Origin: a candidate division WWE3 bacterium RIFOXYC1_FULL_40_10
GTDB taxonomy: Bacteria; Patescibacteriota; WWE3; UBA101185; UBA10185
NCBI GenBank assembly: GCA_001773215.1
Contig: MEWB01000001.1
Location: 395,052-459,051 of the forward strand
DNA length: 64,000 nt
Reading direction: 5' to 3'
The notes below the pieces were generated by a model that searched no databases, was not told where the DNA came from, and saw nothing but the letters and a program-made list of their open reading frames with translations. Position 1 is the first letter of the stretch; each line of letters opens with the position of its first letter. The translations under genes were made by a program, and so were the position numbers. Below are positions 1-9,234 of the stretch, one piece after another.

Positions 1-890
1 CTAACTGCTCCTGCGGCCAAGTTTTGGCCTACACGGTCCCCATACGGGTAAATTATCACCATAGAGCTTTCCTCTTTGCTCATCTCACTTAATACCTGGA
101 GTTCTCTTAGTCTCATCGAACCTTTATTCTGCCTCAAGATTTCAGCTGCTTTAGTAGTCATTGTTGCAACTTCTACCTCTGCCTCGGCTTCAATCCTCTT
201 GGCCTCCGCACTACGGCGGGCGCGCGCAATTACAGCAAGTTCGTCTATCAAAGTCGGAGGTGTATCAACATCGGTAATTCTAACTGCTCTAACGTCAATC
301 CCATAAGTAGTTGCCCCTGAATCGATTTGAACTTTTAAATTGGCAGCTATTTCATCTCGCTCGCTAAGAATCTCTTTTAAATCCATACTCCCGATAGTAT
401 TTTTAAGCGCTTCGGTCGAAAGCCAAATTACCGACTGGCGATAATTTTGAACATCTATTACTGCTTTTTGCGGATCCTCTACTCTAAACTCAATCGCAGC
501 AGTAATCTTTGTGGGTACATTATCCTTTGTAAGTGTAGCCGTGGCCTCAACCTGATGGGTCTCTATTCTTGTATCCAAAATTGCTGCTACCGAATATACA
601 AATGGCGGTATGATAAATAACCCCGGTCCTCTAACACCAACGAATTTGCCTAATCTTAGCAAAACTAGCCTTTCCCACTCGGGTAGAATAAAAATCATCC
701 CCGCGATTACTCCTGCTAACCAAGCGTTGAACAACAAAGCCGGGACCATGAAAACCCAAGGGCTGGCAAATAGTGCGATTGATAGTACACCCAGAGTGAG
801 TGAACTCACAATTGTAAGGGACACGAATGTAAGTATCCACACTAAAGATCTCATAAAGCCTTGAACGGTGTTTGTGCTGTTATATAACAT
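1..890 (-). CDS. SPFH/band-7 (stomatin/prohibitin-like) membrane protein; C-terminus runs off window start
   Basis: Minus-strand frame open from ATG (complement of 888-890) to the window edge. Own translation: MLYNSTN..(two TM helices)..LPEWERLVLLRLGKFVGVRGPGLFIIPPF..TKDNVPTKITAAIEFRVEDP..ARARRSAEAKRIEAEAEV. This gives an N-terminal TM region, SPFH core motifs and an Ala/Glu-rich tail. Plus-strand ORFs 76-306 and 610-864 are shadow frames. Confidence 0.8.
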   Translation of the reverse strand, partial: MLYNSTNTVQGFMRSLVWILTFVSLTIVSSLTLGVLSIALFASPWVFMVPALLFNAWLAGVIAGMIFILPEWERLVLLRLGKFVGVRGPGLFIIPPFVYSVAAILDTRIETHQVEATATLTKDNVPTKITAAIEFRVEDPQKAVIDVQNYRQSVIWLSTEALKNTIGSMDLKEILSERDEIAANLKVQIDSGATTYGIDVRAVRITDVDTPPTLIDELAVIARARRSAEAKRIEAEAEVEVATMTTKAAEILRQNKGSMRLRELQVLSEMSKEESSMVIIYPYGDRVGQNLAAGAV

Positions 891-964
891 GTTATTCTAA
901 ATTTTCACCTCTTTCCGAATGTAAAATTCTTGCTTTTTGATATCAATAAAAGTATACATGACTC

Positions 965-1518
965 ATGGATATTCTGGCACAAGGGAGCAATATGGTTGTG
1001 TATAAATTGGGCGATAAGGTTCTTAAGATCAGTAAATATGCCTGCCATAAGGCTCTTCAACGCAGTATCTTGACAGATTATAGAAAAAGTAAGAAATTAA
1101 CGGGGATATATACTAAGGTTCCAACAACCTATCACGCGTTCTTCGACAGAGCAGATAAGATGAACATCGTTGAAAGCTACGAGGGAGAAAGTATCAAGGC
1201 TATTATAATCAGATCAGATCAGATCAGATCAGATCAGATATGCTTGTTAATAGGTGCCTTGATATCATAAAACTATTACCTGTCACTATCCCATTGGATA
1301 CAAATCCCGGTAGCTTTGTATTAAACCCCTGCAATGATATTGTGTTTGTGGATTTTACGCCGGTTAATCCCTGGAGATATAACGATACTCGCCAACAAAA
1401 AAATCACGAGGCATTATTCCCAAGTATCGTTAACGAGTATAGCGACAAGCATACAAAATACTTTACCCCCGAAGGAAGAATAGCCAGATTTCTCTATCAC
1501 CTGAAAAATTTAATATGA
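965..1518 (+). pseudogene. small protein-kinase-like fold protein, currently split into two overlapping ORFs (965-1270 frame 2; 1240-1518 frame 1) at a pentanucleotide repeat; candidate phase-variable gene
   Basis: N-terminal part has a Gly-rich/Lys strand (VYKLGDKVLKISKY) and a hinge-like ESYEG. C-terminal part has a catalytic-loop-like LDTNPGSFVLNPCNDIVFVDF (D..N, DF[G/T]-like). Frame 1 is open from 1174, so the two ORFs overlap across the repeat. Loss of one 5-nt unit would fuse them to about 185 aa. Confidence 0.5.
1208..1239 (+). repeat. (ATCAG)n pentanucleotide tandem repeat, about 6.4 units, inside coding sequence
   Basis: Direct reading: atcagatcagatcagatcagatcagatcagat. Each 15 nt encodes an IRSDQ repeat in the upstream ORF. 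Confidence 0.9.
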
Positions 1519-1530
1519 GTCACGCTAGTG

Positions 1531-1707
1531 TTATTTAAGCTTTTGAACCTCTTTAAAAAGAGTGTGCTTGCGAACATGAGGATTATATTTTTTTAACTGG
1601 ATTTTTTCGATAGTGTTAATTTTATTCTTTTGGGTAACGTAAATTCTGTCACCTGTTTCAGTGCATTCCAAACCGATTATAAATCTATTACCTTTTTTCT
1701 TTGCCAT
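1531..1707 (-). CDS. rpmG: 50S ribosomal protein L33
   Basis: Own minus-strand translation MAKKKGNRFIIGLECTETGDRIYVTQKNKINTIEKIQLKKYNPHVRKHTLFKEVQKLK (58 aa). Canonical L33 pattern, with 3 of 4 zinc-ligand Cys positions substituted. Not in the supplied ORF track because it is below the size cutoff. Confidence 0.85.
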   Translation of the reverse strand: MAKKKGNRFIIGLECTETGDRIYVTQKNKINTIEKIQLKKYNPHVRKHTLFKEVQKLK

Positions 1708-1804
1708 AACTGGGATAGTTTAATATATAAGCTAATTTAAAGCAAGCACAAAAATTATACCCCGGGATTTCGTTTTATCCCGAGGTATTTGCTTATCTCA
1801 CCTT

Positions 1805-2041
1805 TCAGATCTTGACTACCTTAACTACCGGAAGGTTAGCGGTATTCACAAAATCTTTTACCCGATAAGCTTCATTATCAACCAGTATCGCCTCGCCAAT
1901 CGCAGGCCGTGTGGAAAGGTACACTTTATCCTTTCTTAGCGGGTTGCCCGATGCATCTGTAACAAGGATTATGTAATTCGGCTCAGGCTCAAGGGGTGTA
2001 TTCCCGCTGGGCATCATTGGCACAAATTGCTTATCGTCCAT
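1805..2041 (-). CDS. hypothetical protein (78 aa)
   Basis: ORF with a strong upstream SD (AAGGAGGAAGAAATG on the minus strand). No recognisable motif. Confidence 0.5.
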   Translation of the reverse strand: MDDKQFVPMMPSGNTPLEPEPNYIILVTDASGNPLRKDKVYLSTRPAIGEAILVDNEAYRVKDFVNTANLPVVKVVKI

Positions 2042-2144
2042 TTCTTCCTCCTTAGCTAAATTAGAATGCCTGTATTGTACCCCATAGTTGTTCTTGGCGC
2101 AAATTCTCTACCCAGGCTGTGTATAAATTGCTATAATCACACAC

Positions 2145-4607
2145 ATGAATGATTCAGCTGTTTACGACCACAGTAAAATAGAAGCAAATTGGAAAAATAA
2201 GTGGTTTGCCGATAACTTGTACGAGGCAGTGGATTTTTCACCCAAACCCAAGAAATTTATATTAGCTGAACTTCCCTATCCCTCGGGTAAATATTTACAT
2301 GTGGGTCATATGATGAGATACACCGTCCCGGAGATATATTCCCGATATTTGCGAATGAAAGGCTTTAATGTTTTGTTCCCCATGGGGTGGGACTCATTTG
2401 GTTTGCCAGCAGAAACATTTGCGTTAAAATCCAATTCAACTCCCCGCAAAGTCCTCGACCAGGCAATTCCCGAATATAAAAAATCTATGATGGATATGGG
2501 CTATGCTATCGACTGGACTCGCGAGATCGATACTTCTCAGCCTGATTTTTACAAATGGACACAATGGATGTTTTTGAAAATGTGGGAAGCAGGACTTGCT
2601 GAAATTAAAGAAATGCCTGTGTGGTGGTGCCAAGCCCTGGGAGTTTTGGCTGATGAGGAAGTGCTTACCAAGCCTGATGGAACAAGGGTGTCCGAACGAG
2701 ATAATCATCCCGTTGAACGAAAAATATTTAAGCAATGGGTTTTAAAAATTACGAAGTACGCAGATAAAATGCTCGATGGGCTAGACAAAACTCAATACAC
2801 TCCCTCTGTTAAACAGGCCCAAGTCAATTGGATAGGTAAGAAAGAAGGTATAAATATTACCTATAAAATTGTAGATGATAGCGGAAAGGATACCAAAAAA
2901 ACCGTCACCTGCTTTACTACTCGTCCCGATACTAACTTTGGAGCTACATTCGTTGTTATTGCACCCGAGCACCCTTTGGTTGAGCAAATTACTCCTAAAG
3001 GGCAACTAGGTAAGGTACAGAAATATGTAAAAGATGCTCTAAATAAGAGCGAGCTTCAAAGAACCTCCGAAAAAACAAAATCCGGTATATTCACCGGGAC
3101 ATACGCTTTAAATACACTTACGAAAACAAAGATGCCCATTTTTGTAGCTGACTATGTATTGGCCCAATATGGTACCGGAGCCGTTGTGGGAGTTCCCGGC
3201 CACGACAAACGGGACTTTGAGTTTGCTAAACATTACGGACTGCCAATTCTAAGAGTTGTAGTTGGAACCGACGGAGATACCACTGAAATCACAAAAGTAG
3301 AACAGGTTCAGGAGGAAAGTGGGAAAATGATCAACAGTGGATTTTTAGACGAGATGGATATAAATAAAGCAACCGACATAATGATAAACTACATGGAAGA
3401 AAAGGGTTATGGAGAGAAACACACAACATATAAACTGAGAGATCAAATCTGGTCAAGGCAAAGATACTGGGGCGAGCCTATTCCCCTTGTTTACACCAAA
3501 GATAATGAAATAGAGCCTGATTATAACCTTCCCCTCAAACTTCCCGAGTTAACACCCGAGGTGATGTCAGGGCGAAAAGACTTTCCGACTTTGGATCAAT
3601 TTCAAGAATTCATAAGTACCAGTGATTCAAAAGGAAGAGAAGCAAAACGGGAAACTGATACCATGCCAACTTGGGCGGGCTCTAATTGGTACTACATAAG
3701 ATATATAGATCCAAAAAATACCGAGGAATTCGCAAACTACGACAAACTTAAATATTGGCTTCCCGTGGATAAGTATTACGGGGACGCCGGACACACAACA
3801 GCCCATTTGCTATACACAAGGTTTTGGTACAAATTTTTATATGATTTGGGTTTGGTACCACATACCGAGCCTATAATGTATAGAATGAGCGGGGGCTTAC
3901 TGTTGGGAGAAGACAACCGTAAGATGAGCAAATCAAGACCTGAGTTTGTCGTCAATCCCGAAGATGCTGTACAAAACTACGGTGCTGACGCAGTTAGAAC
4001 ATATTTGGCATTTATCGGCCCCTATGATGAAACATATCCATGGTGTACCGACGGCTTAAAAGCCATAGCCAGATTCATCAAAAATGCCTTTTCTCTCAAA
4101 TTTAAGGTTAAAAACAATATTAAGGATACAGAAGTAGAAAAGGCTTATAACAAGATGGTTAAAACTGTAACAGAGATGTGTGAAGGCTTTAAGATGAACA
4201 CTGCAGTTAGCCAGCTGATGATTTTTGTAAATTTACTAAAGAAAAAAGACGAAATTGATATAGATATCTGGAAAGGCTTCATCCGGGTACTTGCACCGTT
4301 CGCTCCATTTGTCGCCGAGGAGCTTTGGCAGGAAATAAATGGATTTGAAACATGGAAAAAAGAAAACAGTGTTCACCTGGCAAGCTGGCCAGATTACGAT
4401 AAGACAAAAATAGCCGACGATACATTCCAAGTACCGGTTCAAATAAACGGTAAGGTTAGAGCTGTTATCGAAGTTACAAAGGACATCTCAGAAGACGAGG
4501 TAAAGGCAATTGCTTATAAAAACGAGAATGTTAAGAAATTCCTTAACTCCCAAATACCGGGTAAGGTTATCTACATCAAAGAAAAAATTTTGAATATTGT
4601 TCTGTGA
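2145..4607 (+). CDS. leuS: leucyl-tRNA synthetase
   Basis: 820 aa. HIGH-type motif PYPSGKYLHVGHMMRYT, KMSKS motif (KMSKSRPEF), class I editing-domain architecture. Confidence 0.95.
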   Translation: MNDSAVYDHSKIEANWKNKWFADNLYEAVDFSPKPKKFILAELPYPSGKYLHVGHMMRYTVPEIYSRYLRMKGFNVLFPMGWDSFGLPAETFALKSNSTPRKVLDQAIPEYKKSMMDMGYAIDWTREIDTSQPDFYKWTQWMFLKMWEAGLAEIKEMPVWWCQALGVLADEEVLTKPDGTRVSERDNHPVERKIFKQWVLKITKYADKMLDGLDKTQYTPSVKQAQVNWIGKKEGINITYKIVDDSGKDTKKTVTCFTTRPDTNFGATFVVIAPEHPLVEQITPKGQLGKVQKYVKDALNKSELQRTSEKTKSGIFTGTYALNTLTKTKMPIFVADYVLAQYGTGAVVGVPGHDKRDFEFAKHYGLPILRVVVGTDGDTTEITKVEQVQEESGKMINSGFLDEMDINKATDIMINYMEEKGYGEKHTTYKLRDQIWSRQRYWGEPIPLVYTKDNEIEPDYNLPLKLPELTPEVMSGRKDFPTLDQFQEFISTSDSKGREAKRETDTMPTWAGSNWYYIRYIDPKNTEEFANYDKLKYWLPVDKYYGDAGHTTAHLLYTRFWYKFLYDLGLVPHTEPIMYRMSGGLLLGEDNRKMSKSRPEFVVNPEDAVQNYGADAVRTYLAFIGPYDETYPWCTDGLKAIARFIKNAFSLKFKVKNNIKDTEVEKAYNKMVKTVTEMCEGFKMNTAVSQLMIFVNLLKKKDEIDIDIWKGFIRVLAPFAPFVAEELWQEINGFETWKKENSVHLASWPDYDKTKIADDTFQVPVQINGKVRAVIEVTKDISEDEVKAIAYKNENVKKFLNSQIPGKVIYIKEKILNIVL

Positions 4608-4616
4608 GCTAAAAAA

Positions 4617-4645
4617 TGCGCCCCTCACAGTGTGTAAAGGGCGCG
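4617..4645. terminator. GC hairpin between convergent genes (bidirectional terminator candidate)
   Basis: gcgcccct..cacagtgtgtaa..agggcgcg stem-loop lies between the leuS stop (4607) and the stop of the minus-strand gene at 4654. Confidence 0.5.
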
Positions 4646-4653
4646 AGATTCCA

Positions 4654-4974
4654 TTACTGCGGATCGATTTTGACAGCCACTCTCTTTCGTACAGGCGCCT
4701 GTGCTCTACCAAGCAGGAGTAAAACCAGCAGAAGCAGTACTCCCAGGAAAAAGCCACCAAATCCAAAGAGCGTAAATAGTAGCGCTGTCACCACCCACCT
4801 ACCCAAATTTGGCTCGCTGCGAGTATATTTCTCAAAGACAGCAATTCCGAGACATAGCACGATGCAGCCGACCAAGAACGCGCTGTTGAGGAACAGTTGT
4901 CTTTCAGTAATTACGAGCTGAGGAAATAACCAGTTGAGGATATTTGGCAGAATCATTTTTTTCTCCTTAGTCAA
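4654..4974 (-). CDS. small membrane protein (2-3 TM helices, basic C-terminus)
   Basis: 106 aa, hydrophobic segments LFLNSAFLVGCIVLCLGIAVF and VVTALLFTLFGFGGFFLGVLLLLVLLLL. G+C-richer than neighbours. The antisense ORF 4616-4921 was judged a shadow frame. Confidence 0.45.
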   Translation of the reverse strand: MTKEKKMILPNILNWLFPQLVITERQLFLNSAFLVGCIVLCLGIAVFEKYTRSEPNLGRWVVTALLFTLFGFGGFFLGVLLLLVLLLLGRAQAPVRKRVAVKIDPQ

Positions 4975-5025
4975 AAGTTATTGAAAGAGTATAGCACACC
5001 TATAGGCCAAACAGCAAACGAAGAG

Positions 5026-5190
5026 CTATTTTTCAAAAACCTTGGTTATCACAGAAATAATATCCTTACCCGACCTTTTGGTAGCTTCGAGTAAAGCGAT
5101 CAGCGATTTCAATGCTTCGTTGTTCTCGTGCAGTTTCAAAATCTCTTGGCTTTTATTGATTTCCGATGGGTTCGACTTTTCGTTTTTCAT
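5026..5190 (-). CDS. small hypothetical protein (54 aa)
   Basis: Own translation MKNEKSNPSEINKSQEILKLHENNEALKSLIALLEATKRSGKDIISVITKVFEK. Helical/coiled character; below the ORF-track cutoff. Confidence 0.25.
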   Translation of the reverse strand: MKNEKSNPSEINKSQEILKLHENNEALKSLIALLEATKRSGKDIISVITKVFEK

Positions 5191-5198
5191 ATAAATAC

Positions 5199-5906
5199 CT
5201 AGGTCACAATACCATCTATGGTATTAAACCACTTTACAAATTTAGCCACATGTCCGTAGGTGGCCACACTATAGGGATTTCCCGCGTTGTATGCAGTAGC
5301 TAACTGTTCAACACTTAAATCTCCATAAACATCCAGATTCCGTTTATGATACCTTCCAATTAAATCTATGTTCACATCAGCACTATATAACTGGTCGGGA
5401 GAACCCGAAAAGCCAATTCCCCGTGCAGTACCGTATAATAACTGCCCCAAACCATAACTCGCGTCATTTATATGTGGTTCATACCTGTAAGCCTTGGTAT
5501 TACCACCAGATTCCACCATAATAGTGGCAAAAATTACCTTCGGATCTACATCATATCTTTTTGAGGCATCAACAATCTGAGGTTCATATCGCCTCCATAC
5601 ACCTAAAGCTCGTAGTTGTTCTTTATCCAGAGATCCCCGAAGCTTATCGTCATTTAGGGTAATTACCTTCAGCTCTTTTTGAATTGAAGGGGTTGTATCC
5701 ATAGCAACTGTCGTAACAGGAGTAGTTAAGGTCGAGTACGAAAGCATAAGTGCCATTCCAATACTCTGTGCATATTTTGCCAGGTTATCAAAGTCAATTC
5801 CTTGCGTCCGCATCCATGCGTAGGCCTCTGCATACCTATCCTCTAGCACTGCTAATAACCTTTTATGTTCTTCTTTTAAATCACTCACCGTTGGACTTGT
5901 CATCAC
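5199..5906 (-). CDS. lytic transglycosylase (SLT / GH23 domain) protein
   Basis: Catalytic-Glu motif IMVESGGN, followed by YGLGQL and AYNAG, typical of the SLT domain. Confidence 0.75.
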   Translation of the reverse strand: MMTSPTVSDLKEEHKRLLAVLEDRYAEAYAWMRTQGIDFDNLAKYAQSIGMALMLSYSTLTTPVTTVAMDTTPSIQKELKVITLNDDKLRGSLDKEQLRALGVWRRYEPQIVDASKRYDVDPKVIFATIMVESGGNTKAYRYEPHINDASYGLGQLLYGTARGIGFSGSPDQLYSADVNIDLIGRYHKRNLDVYGDLSVEQLATAYNAGNPYSVATYGHVAKFVKWFNTIDGIVT

Positions 5907-6649
5907 TTTAGCGAATAAGTTATTGTCAAAACTTTTGTTGCTTCACCTGTTCCGGGAACCAGCCCCCCACCGCCGCCTGCTCCTCTTCCATAATCACCAA
6001 AAACTTGATTATTATTTGTGTCATACCCCTCAACAATTCTCTGAATCTCCCCTAAAGAAAGGCCAATTCGAGCGGCTAAAATCTCAGCTTTTGCTCTCCC
6101 ATCGCTTAAGGCGTCACTTAATAGTTCGGAATCGTCGATTTTTTTGTTATCAAAAGTAAAGTTTGGCCCACCAAAATTGCTGATATCCAGCTGAGTCAAT
6201 AGTTCGGTAAGTTTATCAACCTGAGAGATATCCCTAACGGTTATGTCGATAGAAATATTTGCATTCCAATCACCAAACCTAGTTTGCCCCGAGTTATTAT
6301 CATAGTATTGATCCTGGTAAATATTTACACTTGTGGTTTTCAGGTCTGCTTCTGGAATTCCGAATTCCTTCAATTTTTCAATCAGCTGATCTGATTTTTC
6401 CTTGGCTTTCTCGGCAACCTCTATCTTGACCGCATTTCTTTCCAAGATACTAGCGTAAAAATTTGCTATCTGGTTTTGCACAACTTTGCTTGATACTCCC
6501 ACAACGGTTACCGTTCTAACTGGCTTGTTATACACATAAAGGAAATAACCACCCAATATAATGAGGAAAGCTACCAATACGGGTATTATCAAGCTCTTAA
6601 TCTTACTAATACATGAAAATATATAATTTCTTATTTTATTAATTAGCAT
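5903..6649 (-). CDS. SIMPL/DUF541-like (YggE-like) secreted/membrane-anchored protein
   Basis: N-terminal TM anchor, repeated beta-rich halves, Gly-rich GRGAGGGGG C-terminal region. 4-bp overlap with the downstream transglycosylase gene. Confidence 0.55.
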   Translation of the reverse strand: MLINKIRNYIFSCISKIKSLIIPVLVAFLIILGGYFLYVYNKPVRTVTVVGVSSKVVQNQIANFYASILERNAVKIEVAEKAKEKSDQLIEKLKEFGIPEADLKTTSVNIYQDQYYDNNSGQTRFGDWNANISIDITVRDISQVDKLTELLTQLDISNFGGPNFTFDNKKIDDSELLSDALSDGRAKAEILAARIGLSLGEIQRIVEGYDTNNNQVFGDYGRGAGGGGGLVPGTGEATKVLTITYSLK

Positions 6650-6700
6650 ATTGTTATGTTAACAAGTGTAACTCTACCTGTATAGTATAATCATAAATAT

Positions 6701-7459
6701 ATGTCGGCTATCAAAACCGCAGCACAAATACAAACGATGAAAGTTGCCGGAAAAATTCTGGGAGAAATTCTAGCCTCTTTAAAATCACATACCAAACCTG
6801 GCAAGCTGGTCTTAGAACTGGAAGACGAATTTATTAGCTTATGTGATAAATTCAAAGTTACTCCAACGTGTAAGGGCTATTCAGAATATGGTCTCAAACC
6901 GTTTCCTACAGGGCTGTGCGTTAGTATTAACAGCCAGGCCGTGCATTGCCCTCCCAAAAAAGACGTTATTATTACTGATACTGATATAGTGACAGTCGAC
7001 ACTGTTATAGGGTATAATGGCCTTCACGTTGATAGCTCTTTTTGCATAGCAATGCCCGGATCCACTACAACCAGAAAGAATATGGCAGTTACAGCCGAAA
7101 AGGCCTTTGATGAGGCTGTTTCCAGGGTTAGGGAGGGCATTAAAACAGGTCTACTTGGATCAAAAATCTATTCTACAGCTAAAATCGGGGGCTTTAATGT
7201 ATTAAGGGACTTTGCCGGCCACGGTATCGGTGAAGAAATGCACGAATGGCCGGATATTACATGCTTCGGAACTAAAAACGAAGGCGTTAAGTTAAAAGCG
7301 GGCATGACGATTTGTATTGAAACATTAATTTGCGAAGGAAACCCTAAAGTAGAAACAAAAGACGGTTGGGAGACCAATATGGCCGATGGCAAGGATTTTT
7401 GCCAGCACGAGCACACTGTACTCGTAACCAGGAACGGATACGAGATACTAACACAATAA
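6701..7459 (+). CDS. map: methionine aminopeptidase, type I
   Basis: 252 aa. Metal-ligand context DTDIVTVD, HGIGEEMHEWP and EHTVLVT match the MetAP pita-bread fold signatures. Confidence 0.9.
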   Translation: MSAIKTAAQIQTMKVAGKILGEILASLKSHTKPGKLVLELEDEFISLCDKFKVTPTCKGYSEYGLKPFPTGLCVSINSQAVHCPPKKDVIITDTDIVTVDTVIGYNGLHVDSSFCIAMPGSTTTRKNMAVTAEKAFDEAVSRVREGIKTGLLGSKIYSTAKIGGFNVLRDFAGHGIGEEMHEWPDITCFGTKNEGVKLKAGMTICIETLICEGNPKVETKDGWETNMADGKDFCQHEHTVLVTRNGYEILTQ

Positions 7460-7461
7460 TT

Positions 7462-8559
7462 ATGAAAGAAAACAAGTTGTTAAAAATACTAGCAAAGTTT
7501 TTCGGCCAAAATGCCGAGCTAAAAGTGTATAAATTCCTCAGATGGGCACTGGTTATAGCCGGTTTGTTAATAATACTTGGCATCCTTTTTCCAACGGCAA
7601 TGACTATATTTTGGAACATTCTCTGGGTAATCCTTTTCTTCTTTGTGTTAATGTTCTTTGGACTAGGGCTTCTAACTATTCTGGGCATGAAAAATGAAGT
7701 AAGCAAAATTCTGGATTTGCTTTTAGAAGGAGGCATGAGCTTTATTGATTTTTTAGATTTCATCAAGGATGTGTGGAAAAAATTCGTTGAGCTTCTGTTA
7801 GAGTTCCTGTTACTAGCCGCCTGGATACTTGCCTATATTGTCTGTGGCATTATTTATATATTAATTCTGCTTTTATATAAAAGCGTAGGCTCTCACTATG
7901 ATGTAACTTTAATGACCATCGGTATCACAATTCTTATGGTGGCCGCTTTTGGCATAATTAGCAAACCCAAAGTCTATGTAGAGGCCGCGAACGTGTGGGC
8001 CGCCAAATTCAAAAAACGATTCCGCCAAGGGATGATAGACGGACTTGAAATAGTATTATTCGTCTTCTTTTTAACTATAGATAGCACAAATCTCTTCTTT
8101 CTACCCCAAGAGTTAAATATTCCATTAAGAGCCGAATTTGGAGACCAGGATTTGATGGTAAAGAGCATGGACTATCATACAAACTTTAAATTCACCCTAA
8201 CCTTACTAATTTTAGCCACAACCTTTGAGGTAATAAGAAACATGCTCAGAGTGGTAGCCTGGGCCAGGTTCTATTACGCCAAAGATATGTTCGAAAACCC
8301 CGAAGCACCTTTTATGCAACTACTAAAAGGATCTCTGCGAAAAAGCTTTAATGACATGAAAAACGACCTTATTAAATTTATCACATTCACAACTGTTCTA
8401 TTCTTCGTTTTCATGTTCTTCCCAAAACTTAAACTCTTTACTCTGCTACTAGCTTCTGTAACTAACCTAGCATTAGACTTGTTTATAAGGGAAAGATTGA
8501 CCGCGCCAAGGGGGGAGGATCTAATTTCCAGAACTATCGCGTGGGTGTTCAGATTATAA
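7462..8559 (+). CDS. polytopic membrane protein of unknown function
   Basis: The ORF-track start at 7366 lies inside map. The first ATG after the map stop (7462, MKENKLL) is taken as the start. Many hydrophobic helices. Confidence 0.55.
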   Translation: MKENKLLKILAKFFGQNAELKVYKFLRWALVIAGLLIILGILFPTAMTIFWNILWVILFFFVLMFFGLGLLTILGMKNEVSKILDLLLEGGMSFIDFLDFIKDVWKKFVELLLEFLLLAAWILAYIVCGIIYILILLLYKSVGSHYDVTLMTIGITILMVAAFGIISKPKVYVEAANVWAAKFKKRFRQGMIDGLEIVLFVFFLTIDSTNLFFLPQELNIPLRAEFGDQDLMVKSMDYHTNFKFTLTLLILATTFEVIRNMLRVVAWARFYYAKDMFENPEAPFMQLLKGSLRKSFNDMKNDLIKFITFTTVLFFVFMFFPKLKLFTLLLASVTNLALDLFIRERLTAPRGEDLISRTIAWVFRL

Positions 8560-9213
8560 CGGTAGGTTCAACAGTTCTTCAGGCTTGCTGATCAAAAAAT
8601 CAGGCTGGTATTGCTCTAATAATTTTCGAGAATTGAGCCCCCACGAAACTGCTATAACCTTGATACCTACTTTTCTAGCGGCCAGAATATCTCTAAAATC
8701 ATCGCCTATATAATAGTCATTATTTGTATCTATGCCATGTTTATCCATTAGTTTCCTTAAGCGGAGATGCTTGTCAAATAATCCTTTAGTCGCCATAACA
8801 TCTTCAAACATATTCATTTTGTTGTTTTCTAAAAACCCCATTACCGTATCTCGGCTATTTATCGTGACAATGTATAGCGGATAATTTCGTTTTCGAAGCT
8901 CCCAAAGAACAGAGGGCATCCCAGAAACAGGTTTGATTTTGGCTAGGTTGTCGGCAAATATTTTCCGAAATTTTAAAAATAACACGGGGATCATTATCAC
9001 CGGAAGGCCTGTAATTTTAACCAGGTCGGTTAACGAATAATCCCTTAGTGCTTCTATACCGACCTCATTAATTTTTTGCTTAACTTGCAAGGGTAATTCG
9101 TTAATAAATGGTTCTAAAAACTCGAATGAATCGGCAATAGTTCCATCAAAATCGAAAATTAGCGAGCTTTGCCTGTTGATACCCTTAATGTGATCCATCG
9201 AAACAGTATACAA
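8554..9213 (-). CDS. HAD-superfamily hydrolase (phosphatase-like)
   Basis: Motif I FDFDGTIADS and motif IV-like YIGDDFRDILAARKVG. Confidence 0.7.
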   Translation of the reverse strand: MYTVSMDHIKGINRQSSLIFDFDGTIADSFEFLEPFINELPLQVKQKINEVGIEALRDYSLTDLVKITGLPVIMIPVLFLKFRKIFADNLAKIKPVSGMPSVLWELRKRNYPLYIVTINSRDTVMGFLENNKMNMFEDVMATKGLFDKHLRLRKLMDKHGIDTNNDYYIGDDFRDILAARKVGIKVIAVSWGLNSRKLLEQYQPDFLISKPEELLNLPL

Positions 9214-9234
9214 TATTTGTTATATAATGGGCTA

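Noticed and set aside
76-864. Plus-strand ORFs 76-306 and 610-864 (and minus 631-840)
   Set aside because: These are low-complexity shadow frames. The real gene is the minus-strand SPFH/band-7 ORF, which runs off the window edge and was therefore missed by the ORF track.
1208-1239. Possibility that the short tandem repeat is a CRISPR array or part of one
   Set aside because: Units are 5 nt with no spacers. No repeat-spacer architecture or cas genes are seen anywhere in the window.
4616-4921. Plus-strand 101-aa ORF rich in Ser/Arg/Pro
   Set aside because: It is antisense to a convincing small membrane protein (4654-4974) and starts inside the leuS terminator hairpin.
9169-9234. Upstream extension of the DUF457-like ORF to 9169
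   Set aside because: It would overlap the convergent HAD gene by 45 nt, and the encoded segment lacks the hydrophobic start typical of the family. A downstream start is preferred, though not certain.
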